Virus record (IMG/VR): IMGVR_UViG_2574180220_000005
DNA: 14,582 bases
Direction: 5' to 3' (one strand)
DNA from: a virus
Lineage: Duplodnaviria > Heunggongvirae > Uroviricota > Caudoviricetes
The notes beneath the pieces were generated by a model. The model was given only the letters and a program-made list of their open reading frames with translations, had not been told where the DNA came from and ran no database searches. The translations under genes and the position numbers were made by a program. Below, in pieces: positions 7,627 to 14,582 of this stretch. Each line of letters begins with the position of its first letter. The stretch's first letter is position 1.

Positions 7627-7941
7627 CGCCCGCTTCATGGGGCGGTTTTAATGCAGTTGCATGATGAAACTGAAATCACATCAGCACTGACCGAAACTGA
7701 CAAAAAGAATAGTATCTGACACATGCAAAAACACGCACTTAATATACGCCTATCTATAGCTCCTACAGGATTGTCAAAAAACGACCAACTCGTCATAGCG
7801 TAAACACATTTGGCTCAACGAACACTTACGTTATATGCCTCTTGAACATATCAAAGTCTTAAGGTAGATCTTTACCACTAAGTGGCTATATTAAGCTGCT
7901 TTTTTACATACAATAAAAGCTTTATCGTATGAGGCATAAAA

Positions 7942-10158
7942 ATGGAACTTAGATTAAAAAATGTTACCAGTTATAAGAAAGACGCCTTCACAATACTGAA
8001 TCTTGAAAAAAGAGTAAACATACTATACGGCCAAAATGGTTGTGGCAAATCTACCATTTCAAATTATTTCTACGACTCTACACACACAGATTATAACGAG
8101 TGTGAATGTACCCTTCTTGACAATTACAAACCTCTTGTTTACAACACTAAATTTATTGAAGATAATTTCTACAATGCACAGGAACAAAAAGGTGTTTTTA
8201 CATTAAGTAAAGAAAATGCAGATATTGAAAAACAATTAATTGAAAAAGAAGCAATTAAACAGCAACTCACAGAGCAATATAGACAAAAAAAAGGAGTGTT
8301 ATTGAAATTAGAAGCAGAAATGGAAAAAAAAGAAAATGAATACATCGAATCGATCTGGAAAAAAACAGAACCAATCAGAAACTCTGTACTAAAAACCTTA
8401 ATGAAAGGTAAAGTTGGCTATAAAAGACCTTTTTTTGAGATGATAAAATCATCCTCACCAATCACCTTTATTAATTTAAATGATATAGCAAAAGAATACT
8501 CTATACTATTAGAAAATAGAAACAATGAAACCGCATTAATAACTCCTTTACATCCATATATCCCATCAATTGATGATGTAAATACATTAGCAACACCTAT
8601 AATAGATACAAGCAATAGCTATTTATCAGAAACCATTAATAAACTTCATAATCTTGACTGGGTAAAAAAAGGTAAAGAACATTATTTAGACGGTTCTACA
8701 TGTCCGTTTTGTCAGGAAAAAACTATTAGTCACGAATTTTTAAATGCCCTTAAATCAATATTTGACGAAAGTTATTCAAAGAAAGTAAAACAGCTCTCAG
8801 ATATAAAGTCAGTTTATGAGAAAAATACTATATATCATTTTAACGAAATACAAAACAATATATCATCATGTGCACTAATCAATGAGAAAGATAAAGAGAA
8901 CATTATTTCCAATATTAAAATATTGCAAAACATTGCAGAAAAAAATTTAATAAACATTATTGATAAGATCAACAATCCATCAACATGCGTTACATTAGAA
9001 ATTGATAAAGAACTAGAAAATCATGTTCAGGAAAGCATAGGCGCTGTTAACAAGAAAATAAGAGACATAAATGATAAGGTTAAAAAACTCAAAGAGTATG
9101 AGAATAAAATCGGAAAACAAGTTTGGGGGGCTCTCCATGCTTTTTGCAGCGATGATTTAGAGAATTTATCCAAACACAAAGAAAAATTCTTTGATATCAA
9201 AAAGAAAGTTCATGATGAATTAAATAATATTGAGCAACAAGGAAAAGAAAATAATCTCACAATAAAAGCATTGCGAGATAAAATATCTAACATTGATTCT
9301 ACGATAGACTCAATAAACACCCATTTAAAAAATCTAGGGATCTCTGGTTTTTGTATTGAAAAACATGCAGAAAGAAAAGATATGTACATTATATCTCGAC
9401 CAGGGCATACAAAAAACCAAAATGTTTATAGATCTCTTAGCGAAGGTGAAAAAACACTAATAACGTTTCTTTATTTTTTAGAGTGCTGTAAAGGTAAAAC
9501 CGATAAAAATGATACCGATAGCAGGGATATTTTTATTGTTATTGACGATCCAATATCTAGTCTATCGCAAAACTATGTCTACGACATCGCATCAATTATT
9601 CATCACCACATTATAAAAAATGAATTAACAAAGAAGGTATTAATCCTTACTCACAATCTTTATTTCTTTCATGAACTTATTAAGCTATCTCCTAAAAGCA
9701 GAGAAGACAAACTATTTAAGAAAAACTATTATCTAGGTAGAGTAACGAAAAATGATTTTAGTATAATTACTGAAATACAAAAAAACAGCATACAGAATGA
9801 ATATCAATCTTTGTGGCAAATATTAAAAGATGCAAAAGATGGCAAAGCAAACAAAATCATAATACCGAATATTATGAGAAACATACTAGAATATTATTTT
9901 GCATTTGTTCATAGAACAGATGCTCTACAAGATGAATTAACAAAGTTGGCACGCGACGATAGCAACAGTGATTTCAAAGCATTCTACAGATACATTAACA
10001 GAGGTTCTCACTCTGATGCGGTAAATATTACTGATATGGGCGACATAGACCCAGATAAATACCTAAAACAATTGAGAACAATATTTTCAGCTACTGGTGA
10101 CGAAATGCATTATTTAAAAATGATGGACGAACTAGAAGAGGAGAACGTTACCGCTTAG
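7942..10158 (+). CDS. Cargo gene 2: 738-aa AAA_13-type ABC ATPase with a long coiled-coil insert, a CxxC zinc-hook-like motif and a C-terminal putative RNase domain (RloC/PrrC-like anticodon-nuclease candidate)
   Basis: Intact ORF with GAGG ~8 nt before the ATG. Walker A GQNGCGKST (aa 30-38, nt 8029-8055); ~450-aa helical, Lys/Glu-rich insert; CPFC at aa 254-257 (nt 8701-8712); ABC signature LSEGEK (aa 498-503); Walker B IFIVIDD (aa 530-536, nt 9529-9549); H-loop LILTHN (aa ~571). C-terminal ~160 aa carry R-x3-E (RNILE, aa 646-650) and R-x6-H (RYINRGSH, aa 683-690). About 30% G+C by rough hand count of a 70-nt sample, against roughly 50% for the backbone. Sits between cos and A, the P2 tin/old hotspot position. 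Confidence 0.55.
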   Translation: MELRLKNVTSYKKDAFTILNLEKRVNILYGQNGCGKSTISNYFYDSTHTDYNECECTLLDNYKPLVYNTKFIEDNFYNAQEQKGVFTLSKENADIEKQLIEKEAIKQQLTEQYRQKKGVLLKLEAEMEKKENEYIESIWKKTEPIRNSVLKTLMKGKVGYKRPFFEMIKSSSPITFINLNDIAKEYSILLENRNNETALITPLHPYIPSIDDVNTLATPIIDTSNSYLSETINKLHNLDWVKKGKEHYLDGSTCPFCQEKTISHEFLNALKSIFDESYSKKVKQLSDIKSVYEKNTIYHFNEIQNNISSCALINEKDKENIISNIKILQNIAEKNLINIIDKINNPSTCVTLEIDKELENHVQESIGAVNKKIRDINDKVKKLKEYENKIGKQVWGALHAFCSDDLENLSKHKEKFFDIKKKVHDELNNIEQQGKENNLTIKALRDKISNIDSTIDSINTHLKNLGISGFCIEKHAERKDMYIISRPGHTKNQNVYRSLSEGEKTLITFLYFLECCKGKTDKNDTDSRDIFIVIDDPISSLSQNYVYDIASIIHHHIIKNELTKKVLILTHNLYFFHELIKLSPKSREDKLFKKNYYLGRVTKNDFSIITEIQKNSIQNEYQSLWQILKDAKDGKANKIIIPNIMRNILEYYFAFVHRTDALQDELTKLARDDSNSDFKAFYRYINRGSHSDAVNITDMGDIDPDKYLKQLRTIFSATGDEMHYLKMMDELEEENVTA

Positions 10159-10186
10159 GCCGCATATTATCGTTTTGGGTAAGAAC

Positions 10187-10206
10187 GACGGTGCTTACGC
10201 ACCGTC
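10187..10206. terminator. Hairpin between the convergent cargo gene 2 and A (GACGGTGC-ttac-GCACCGTC); possible terminator or structured element, no U-tract
   Basis: Perfect 8-bp stem with a 4-nt loop, read by eye; no flanking T-run on either strand. Confidence 0.3.
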
Positions 10207-10381
10207 TCCCAACGCCCAAAGCGGTAGCGGTTGTACTGGCGTACATTCACTAGCTTTAACATGAGGCAATCTCCATGCCAGCACTATTGTTGCCAATAGC
10301 AGCCTTTATACCCTTTGTACAAAGCTAATACCAAGAGTAATGCAAAGTAGATGTCCCAAGCGGTAACGGGGCTATTCTATG

Positions 10382-12673
10382 TCAAACACAGAAAAAATCA
10401 AAGCGCCCTATGAATCCCCCCCAACCATCAGCGACCGGATACGTGAATTTTTTCCCGTCATAATTTACGGTCGCTCCACGCGCCAGCGCCTCAAGCTCCC
10501 ATCGCTGCGGCATGATACCGTTCTGAGCAAGGTCAACGCGGATACGGGTGATTTGCAATCGTTCAGACCTGGTCAGTCTGGCAGATGGTGCAATTTCATG
10601 CGGTTTTAACGGGCTTCCGTTTCTTTGCTGACGGTTTGGCGTTCTCAGGTCGTATTTTAATGCGCCCCTGAGCGCCCTCACGACCTCCGGTTCATTCCAT
10701 TCAATAACACCGTCATCAACCAGATTAAGCACTGCTGCGGCGTGCTCAGAAGGTGTGGGAGCCGGTAACGAAGTATCACCACCGGTGAGCTTTCCACAGT
10801 TATTGACAGGACTCCGAGGCGCGGCGATGCCGCTTTTTAAAGTCAGAGGCTCAACGACCGGAACTTTCGGCACAATGCGCCAGTCCGTCGTTCTGGTGAT
10901 ATGAATATGACGCGCGCCGAGATGCGGCGCGTAAATGCCGACCACTCTCTCGACTTCTTCCTCGTACTCGTTAACTTCATCCGACGGACTACGGGCGACC
11001 CTGACAGTCTGACAATCGCGCGGGACATTTGCCCCACCCTGCGCGCTGATATACAACGCAAAATCACCACTGTCTGCGGCGGCGCGTGCAGCCTCGACGC
11101 GCTCGTCAAACTCATCAGCAATGCTGACGCCGCGAGGCAATTTGCGTAGTTCACGGTAAGCCCCCATTGTCGGCAGACCAACCGTTTTAAATTGTGGGAT
11201 GCGCCACGTTGACGCCCATGCGGTAACAGCCGCAGCAGTGTCTTTCAGCGGTCTGCCGGTATCGTTATCGAGCTGACCATCCAGTGCATAGCCATCGATG
11301 TTTTTTGAGATGTATTTCGCGATATACCCCGCAGCACCGCCCTGGTTAAGGTGTTTTGCCTGAAAACGGTTTCGCGCGGCTCCTCTTTCGTCGCCATCCT
11401 CTTTGAGCGCATAGCGACGCATGATTTCGATAATCTGGTTACGCTGGCGTGGATTACAAAAAAGCATCATATGCCAGTGCGGCGTTCCGTCGTGGTGTGG
11501 CTCGACGACACGCAAACCGTAGACCTGTAAATCATTATCTTTGAATGCCGTGCGCATCAGGCTCCAGATATGGCAGAGATAACGCTGCGCATCCTTTGGA
11601 TTAAATGCCTCATCGTTCCAGCCGTGATTTAGCTGGACGGTTTTACTTTCGCCTTTTCCGACCTGACGTGTCGGGTGATACTTTGAAGGCGCGGTAAGCG
11701 TGATAAACATCCCCACATCACCCTCTGCGGCGGCGTAACGCTCAATACCGGCAATGGTGTTCATCAGCTCCATCCGGCGAATTTCAGGATTAGAAATACT
11801 GCCCATCACCTTACTGATAAGGTCGATGCGCTCGCCGGTTTCCCTGTTTTCAAGGTCACACGATTTAAGAAATTCCAGATTTGCCTGGCGGCGTGCACGC
11901 ACATCACGAATGGCATGTTTACTGGCATAAGGAGAACGGTCTTTATTCACCTCCCCGACAGCAATCAGTAACGCCTCATGCCAGCGCATACGCTGGCCTT
12001 TGAGCTGATGAGTCCACCACTCATCGTTAAACAGACGGGCAATGGCAGAATATGCCTGCCTCGTGGTCATCTGTCCTTTACGGTATTTTTTCCAGTAAAG
12101 CGGGGAAATATTGAAAGCACGTGCAGCGCCAGCAACATGACCATAGAGGTGAGCCTGCGCCTCATCCGTAAACAGCGATTCTTTTTCGCCATGTGCATCC
12201 ACCCAGGCATCGCTGAGTTCCTCATACATCATGAAAAGCTGCGATGAGATACGGGCGGCAAACTTTTTCAGCTCCTTGTCATTCATTCCCGGCAGGCGCG
12301 CATAGTGGTCACGCTCTGCCAGAAACAGCAACGACGCGTCGGTGTTCATTTCATGGCGCTGATTCACACGCTCAATGCGCGGCCATAAACGACGCTGAAA
12401 AGTGGATGTGAGGAAATAAAACCCGTGCACCGGGCTTTTATTGCGCCGGATGTAGTCATAGCGTGAAGTAAACAGCGAGCGCAAAAAGTAAGGCAGGCGG
12501 TTAATCGTGGATAAAACACCTTGCATCTGACGCATCTCGTCACGTGTAAGGGGTCTTTCGCGCCCGACGGCCTCGCGTGGCGCGTTCCATGCATAAGCAC
12601 CGGTAAACATCTTACCGGTGCCTGCGGCAAATGCTGACGGAGGGACAAAACGCCCGGAGGCTTTAACGGCCAT
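10382..12673 (-). CDS. A: P2 replication initiation protein gpA (rolling-circle Rep of the HUH superfamily), intact; the ORF track's upstream Met at 12715 is an alternative start
   Basis: Translation from MAVKASGRFVPPSAFAAGTGKMFTGAYAWNAPREAV... matches P2 gpA (from memory). HUH motif PHWHMML and paired active-site tyrosines GYIAKYISK are present. The P2 origin is known to lie inside the A coding sequence (established knowledge; not located here). Confidence 0.88.
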   Translation of the reverse strand: MAVKASGRFVPPSAFAAGTGKMFTGAYAWNAPREAVGRERPLTRDEMRQMQGVLSTINRLPYFLRSLFTSRYDYIRRNKSPVHGFYFLTSTFQRRLWPRIERVNQRHEMNTDASLLFLAERDHYARLPGMNDKELKKFAARISSQLFMMYEELSDAWVDAHGEKESLFTDEAQAHLYGHVAGAARAFNISPLYWKKYRKGQMTTRQAYSAIARLFNDEWWTHQLKGQRMRWHEALLIAVGEVNKDRSPYASKHAIRDVRARRQANLEFLKSCDLENRETGERIDLISKVMGSISNPEIRRMELMNTIAGIERYAAAEGDVGMFITLTAPSKYHPTRQVGKGESKTVQLNHGWNDEAFNPKDAQRYLCHIWSLMRTAFKDNDLQVYGLRVVEPHHDGTPHWHMMLFCNPRQRNQIIEIMRRYALKEDGDERGAARNRFQAKHLNQGGAAGYIAKYISKNIDGYALDGQLDNDTGRPLKDTAAAVTAWASTWRIPQFKTVGLPTMGAYRELRKLPRGVSIADEFDERVEAARAAADSGDFALYISAQGGANVPRDCQTVRVARSPSDEVNEYEEEVERVVGIYAPHLGARHIHITRTTDWRIVPKVPVVEPLTLKSGIAAPRSPVNNCGKLTGGDTSLPAPTPSEHAAAVLNLVDDGVIEWNEPEVVRALRGALKYDLRTPNRQQRNGSPLKPHEIAPSARLTRSERLQITRIRVDLAQNGIMPQRWELEALARGATVNYDGKKFTYPVADGWGGFIGRFDFFCV

Positions 12674-12938
12674 ATGAGCCAAAAGCCTCTGAACAACGCT
12701 TGCTGAGTTGCTCAACCTGCACGTTTAAATCAGCAAAAGACTTTGCGCTTCCGGTCAGAATATCGTGATGCATCAGGCCTGAAACGAGCTGGCTTAATTT
12801 CGGGTAATAACCAACCACCGCCAGCCATTCCTGACCGGCGTTTTTACCGCTTTCCGCTCTCTTTTTCTCGTGGAGAATAAACTGAAAGCTGTCACTGGTA
12901 ACGACATAACGTTCGCCAATTTCAATACGAATACTCAT
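12663..12938 (-). CDS. Small early-operon protein immediately upstream of A (P2 orf83-like; name uncertain), 91 aa
   Basis: ORF with a GGAG RBS, ending 11 nt into A in another frame; its start overlaps the stop of the upstream remnant (ATGA). Synteny with the P2 orf80-83/A block; identity not verified. Confidence 0.55.
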   Translation of the reverse strand: MSIRIEIGERYVVTSDSFQFILHEKKRAESGKNAGQEWLAVVGYYPKLSQLVSGLMHHDILTGSAKSFADLNVQVEQLSKRCSEAFGSYGR

Positions 12939-13027
12939 GCCGTTCTCCGGTAATGTTTGTTTTTTGCTTCAAAGACTGACTGACAGGAAACACAACGCGT
13001 GGCTGACGGGTAAGCCGCACGACGGGC
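12935..13027 (-). pseudogene. 3' remnant (~30 codons) of the gene preceding the orf83-like gene (P2 orf82-like?), truncated at the int junction
   Basis: The minus-strand frame ends ...PSATRCVSCQSVFEAKNKHYRRTA with TGA overlapping the ATG of the next gene; further upstream the same strand is antisense to int. Confidence 0.3.
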
Positions 13028-13999
13028 ATCCGCCCTACTGGACGTAATGGAAAACGCATCCGTAGGAAGTTTGATAAGAAAAGCGAAGCTGTCGCTTTCG
13101 AGAAATACACGTTGTACAACCACCACAATAAAGAATGGCTATCAAAACCAACAGACAAGCGACGTCTGTCGGAGCTGACACAGATCTGGTGGGATTTAAA
13201 GGGTAAACACGAAGAGAATGGGAAATCTAATCTTGGAAAAATTGAAATCTTCACAAAAATAACGAATGACCCATGCGCATTTCAAATTACGAAATCGCTT
13301 ATCAGCCAGTACTGCGCCACCCGAAGAAGTCAGGGTATTAAACCTTCGAGTATCAATCGTGATTTAACATGTATTAGCGGCATGTTTACAGCCCTGATTG
13401 AAGCGGAGTTATTCTTTGGTGAGCACCCTATCAGAGGGACAAAAAGGCTTAAGGAGGAAAAACCAGAAACAGGCTATCTAACACAGGAAGAAATTGCCTT
13501 ACTGCTTGCAGCACTTGACGGCGACAATAAAAAGATTGCGATTCTTTGCCTGAGTACAGGAGCACGTTGGGGAGAAGCAGCTCGTTTGAAAGCAGAAAAT
13601 ATCATCCATAACCGCGTCACGTTTGTTAAAACGAAAACAAACAAACCACGCACCGTCCCGATCTCAGAGGCTGTTGCCAAAATGATCGCGGATAACAAAC
13701 GAGGTTTTTTATTCCCTGATGCTGATTACCCTCGCTTCAGACGAACAATGAAAGCAATAAAACCGGATTTGCCAATGGGGCAAGCCACACATGCACTAAG
13801 GCACAGCTTTGCCACTCATTTCATGATTAATGGAGGAAGTATTATCACGCTACAACGGATACTAGGTCACACGCGGATTGAGCAAACTATGGTTTACGCT
13901 CATTTTGCGCCAGAGTACCTTCAGGACGCCATTTCTCTTAATCCGCTAAGAGGTGGTACTGAGGCCGAGAGTGTCCACACAGTGTCCACAGTAGAGTAA
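13028..13999 (+). pseudogene. int: P2 integrase (tyrosine recombinase), missing ~14 N-terminal codons and its ATG; catalytic domain intact
   Basis: The frame reads IRPTGRNGKRIRRKFDKKSEAVAFEKYTLYNHHNKEWL... to ...TEAESVHTVSTVE, matching P2 Int from about residue 15 (from memory). An in-frame TGA at 13004-13006 leaves no ATG or GTG before the match; the first candidate start is the TTG at 13112 used by the ORF track. Catalytic-site motifs ARWGEAARLK, HALRHSFATH and GHTRIEQTMVYAHF are present. Confidence 0.8.
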
Positions 14000-14078
14000 C
14001 GTTTAAGGGCTTTCAGTGGTAATTTATGCCGCTCAAACCCGCATTGTACCGTTGAAAGCCCCTACTGGTGACACCCTA

Positions 14079-14105
14079 AATCTCCCTTACACGGGCTTAT
14101 TTTTT
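14079..14105. repeat. Prophage attachment-site core, copy 2 (27 bp), int-proximal end
   Basis: Exact direct repeat of 1507..1533, lying ~80 bp downstream of the int stop. Confidence 0.8.
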
Positions 14106-14169
14106 TATGCATAAGCCCTATCTCTGGTCACCGTCTTCCATTGACCACATCGATAGAATCTCCCTTCAT

Positions 14170-14202
14170 AGCACGATGCCTTTCACGTAACGGCATCGTG
14201 CT
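14170..14202. repeat. Perfect 11-bp inverted repeat AGCACGATGCC-N11-GGCATCGTGCT in host DNA between the att core and yegR
   Basis: Read directly from the sequence; no adjacent U-tract, so not a canonical intrinsic terminator. Confidence 0.5.
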
Positions 14203-14264
14203 CGCACAGGTTCCGGCTAAGCACAACCAGAACGCGCATGTTTGACGCTTACCAAAAAATATTC

Positions 14265-14582
14265 TCACTCTCCACATTTGAATGTCAGACGAGCGACGCC
14301 ATGTAATCCTGCACCTTCTGTCTTCAGGTCAACTATCTGCATTTTTTTGCCCTGAGTAACACAGAAATGGGCTGCATCATTTTTTACTATATTTTCTGCA
14401 CCAGATATTCTGCCCCTGGCTAAAGAAGCTTCGGCTTCGGTGTAGTATTGATTATCGAGTTTACGCTGAATATTACTTTTATATGCAAGACCAAATTTAC
14501 CGATACTTGTCTCATCATTATGCACAGCACAACCAGACATAATAAAAATACTAATTAATGATATAGCAGCTATCTTTTTCAT
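14265..14582 (-). CDS. yegR: Putative lipoprotein YegR, 105 aa (signal peptide MKKIAAISLISIFIMSGC with lipobox Cys)
   Basis: ORF with ATG at 14580-14582 (rc) and stop at 14265-14267; same length and neighbourhood as E. coli yegR downstream of the cyaR/ogr region; lipoprotein signal evident. Confidence 0.65.
   Translation of the reverse strand: MKKIAAISLISIFIMSGCAVHNDETSIGKFGLAYKSNIQRKLDNQYYTEAEASLARGRISGAENIVKNDAAHFCVTQGKKMQIVDLKTEGAGLHGVARLTFKCGE

Larger units (their letters stand above)
1507..14105. mobile_element. Degraded P2-like prophage (~12.6 kb) integrated at the 3' end of cyaR, carrying two accessory cargo genes
   Basis: Bounded by 27-bp direct repeats. Gene order matches a P2 prophage: ogr, FI, hotspot, G, H, J, W, V, (P), Q, cos, hotspot, A, int. 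Many genes are truncated at deletion junctions. Confidence 0.85.

Noticed and set aside
8418-8615. Minus-strand ORF 8418..8615
   Set aside because: Antisense within cargo gene 2; AT-rich sequence readily yields short spurious ORFs.
10379-12696. ORFs 10379..10609 +, 10843..11181 -, 10901..11149 +, 11978..12247 +, 12364..12696 -
   Set aside because: All fall within the gpA coding region in other frames or antisense.
12922-13254. 110-aa minus-strand ORF 12922..13254 and 63-aa ORF 12935..13126 as intact genes
   Set aside because: Mostly antisense to the integrase; only the last ~30 codons of the 12935..13126 frame look like a real gene remnant, and that part is reported as a low-confidence fragment.
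13474-13698. Minus-strand ORF 13474..13698
   Set aside because: Antisense inside the integrase catalytic domain.
13028-13999. Calling the integrase full-length and functional
   Set aside because: An in-frame TGA at 13004-13006 and the lack of an ATG or GTG before the match leave only a TTG at 13112; relative to the 337-aa P2 Int as I recall it, the N-terminus is missing.
1507-14105. Interpreting the element as a P4-like satellite or an IS/transposon-borne island because it carries an integrase and defence cargo
   Set aside because: The backbone genes, cos and att core all read as P2-type; the terminal repeats are direct att cores, not inverted repeats with target-site duplications, and no transposase is present.
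1-14582. CRISPR arrays, tRNA or rRNA genes
   Set aside because: No regularly spaced direct repeats, cloverleaf-compatible segments or rRNA-like sequences were seen by eye. A tRNAscan or CRISPR-finder run would confirm.

Overview
This window reads as an E. coli-type chromosomal locus (yegQ/trhP, the CyaR sRNA, and yegR at the far end) interrupted by a ~12.6 kb degraded P2-like prophage (about 1507..14105). The prophage sits in the 3' end of cyaR and is bounded by a perfect 27-bp direct repeat that matches the P2 att core as I remember it. At least four internal deletions have removed most morphogenesis, lysis and lysogeny-control genes, leaving junction pseudogenes (ogr/FI, J/H, V/P, orf82/int). 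Intact backbone genes are G, W, Q (portal), A (replication) and a small orf83-like gene, plus a recognisable cos site. Both classical P2 accessory hotspots carry intact, visibly AT-rich cargo genes, and these are the most interesting content. At the Z/fun position (2938..4551, minus strand) is a 537-aa protein with an ABC-type ATPase followed by a TOPRIM/DUF4435-like domain (OLD/PARIS-like). At the tin/old position (7942..10158, plus strand) is a 738-aa ABC ATPase with a long coiled-coil insert, a CxxC zinc-hook-like motif and a C-terminal putative RNase domain (RloC/PrrC-like). Both are candidate single-gene anti-phage systems. All protein identifications come from reading motifs and from memory of P2 and E. 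coli sequences; no search or alignment was run, so each functional call is a hypothesis to verify.
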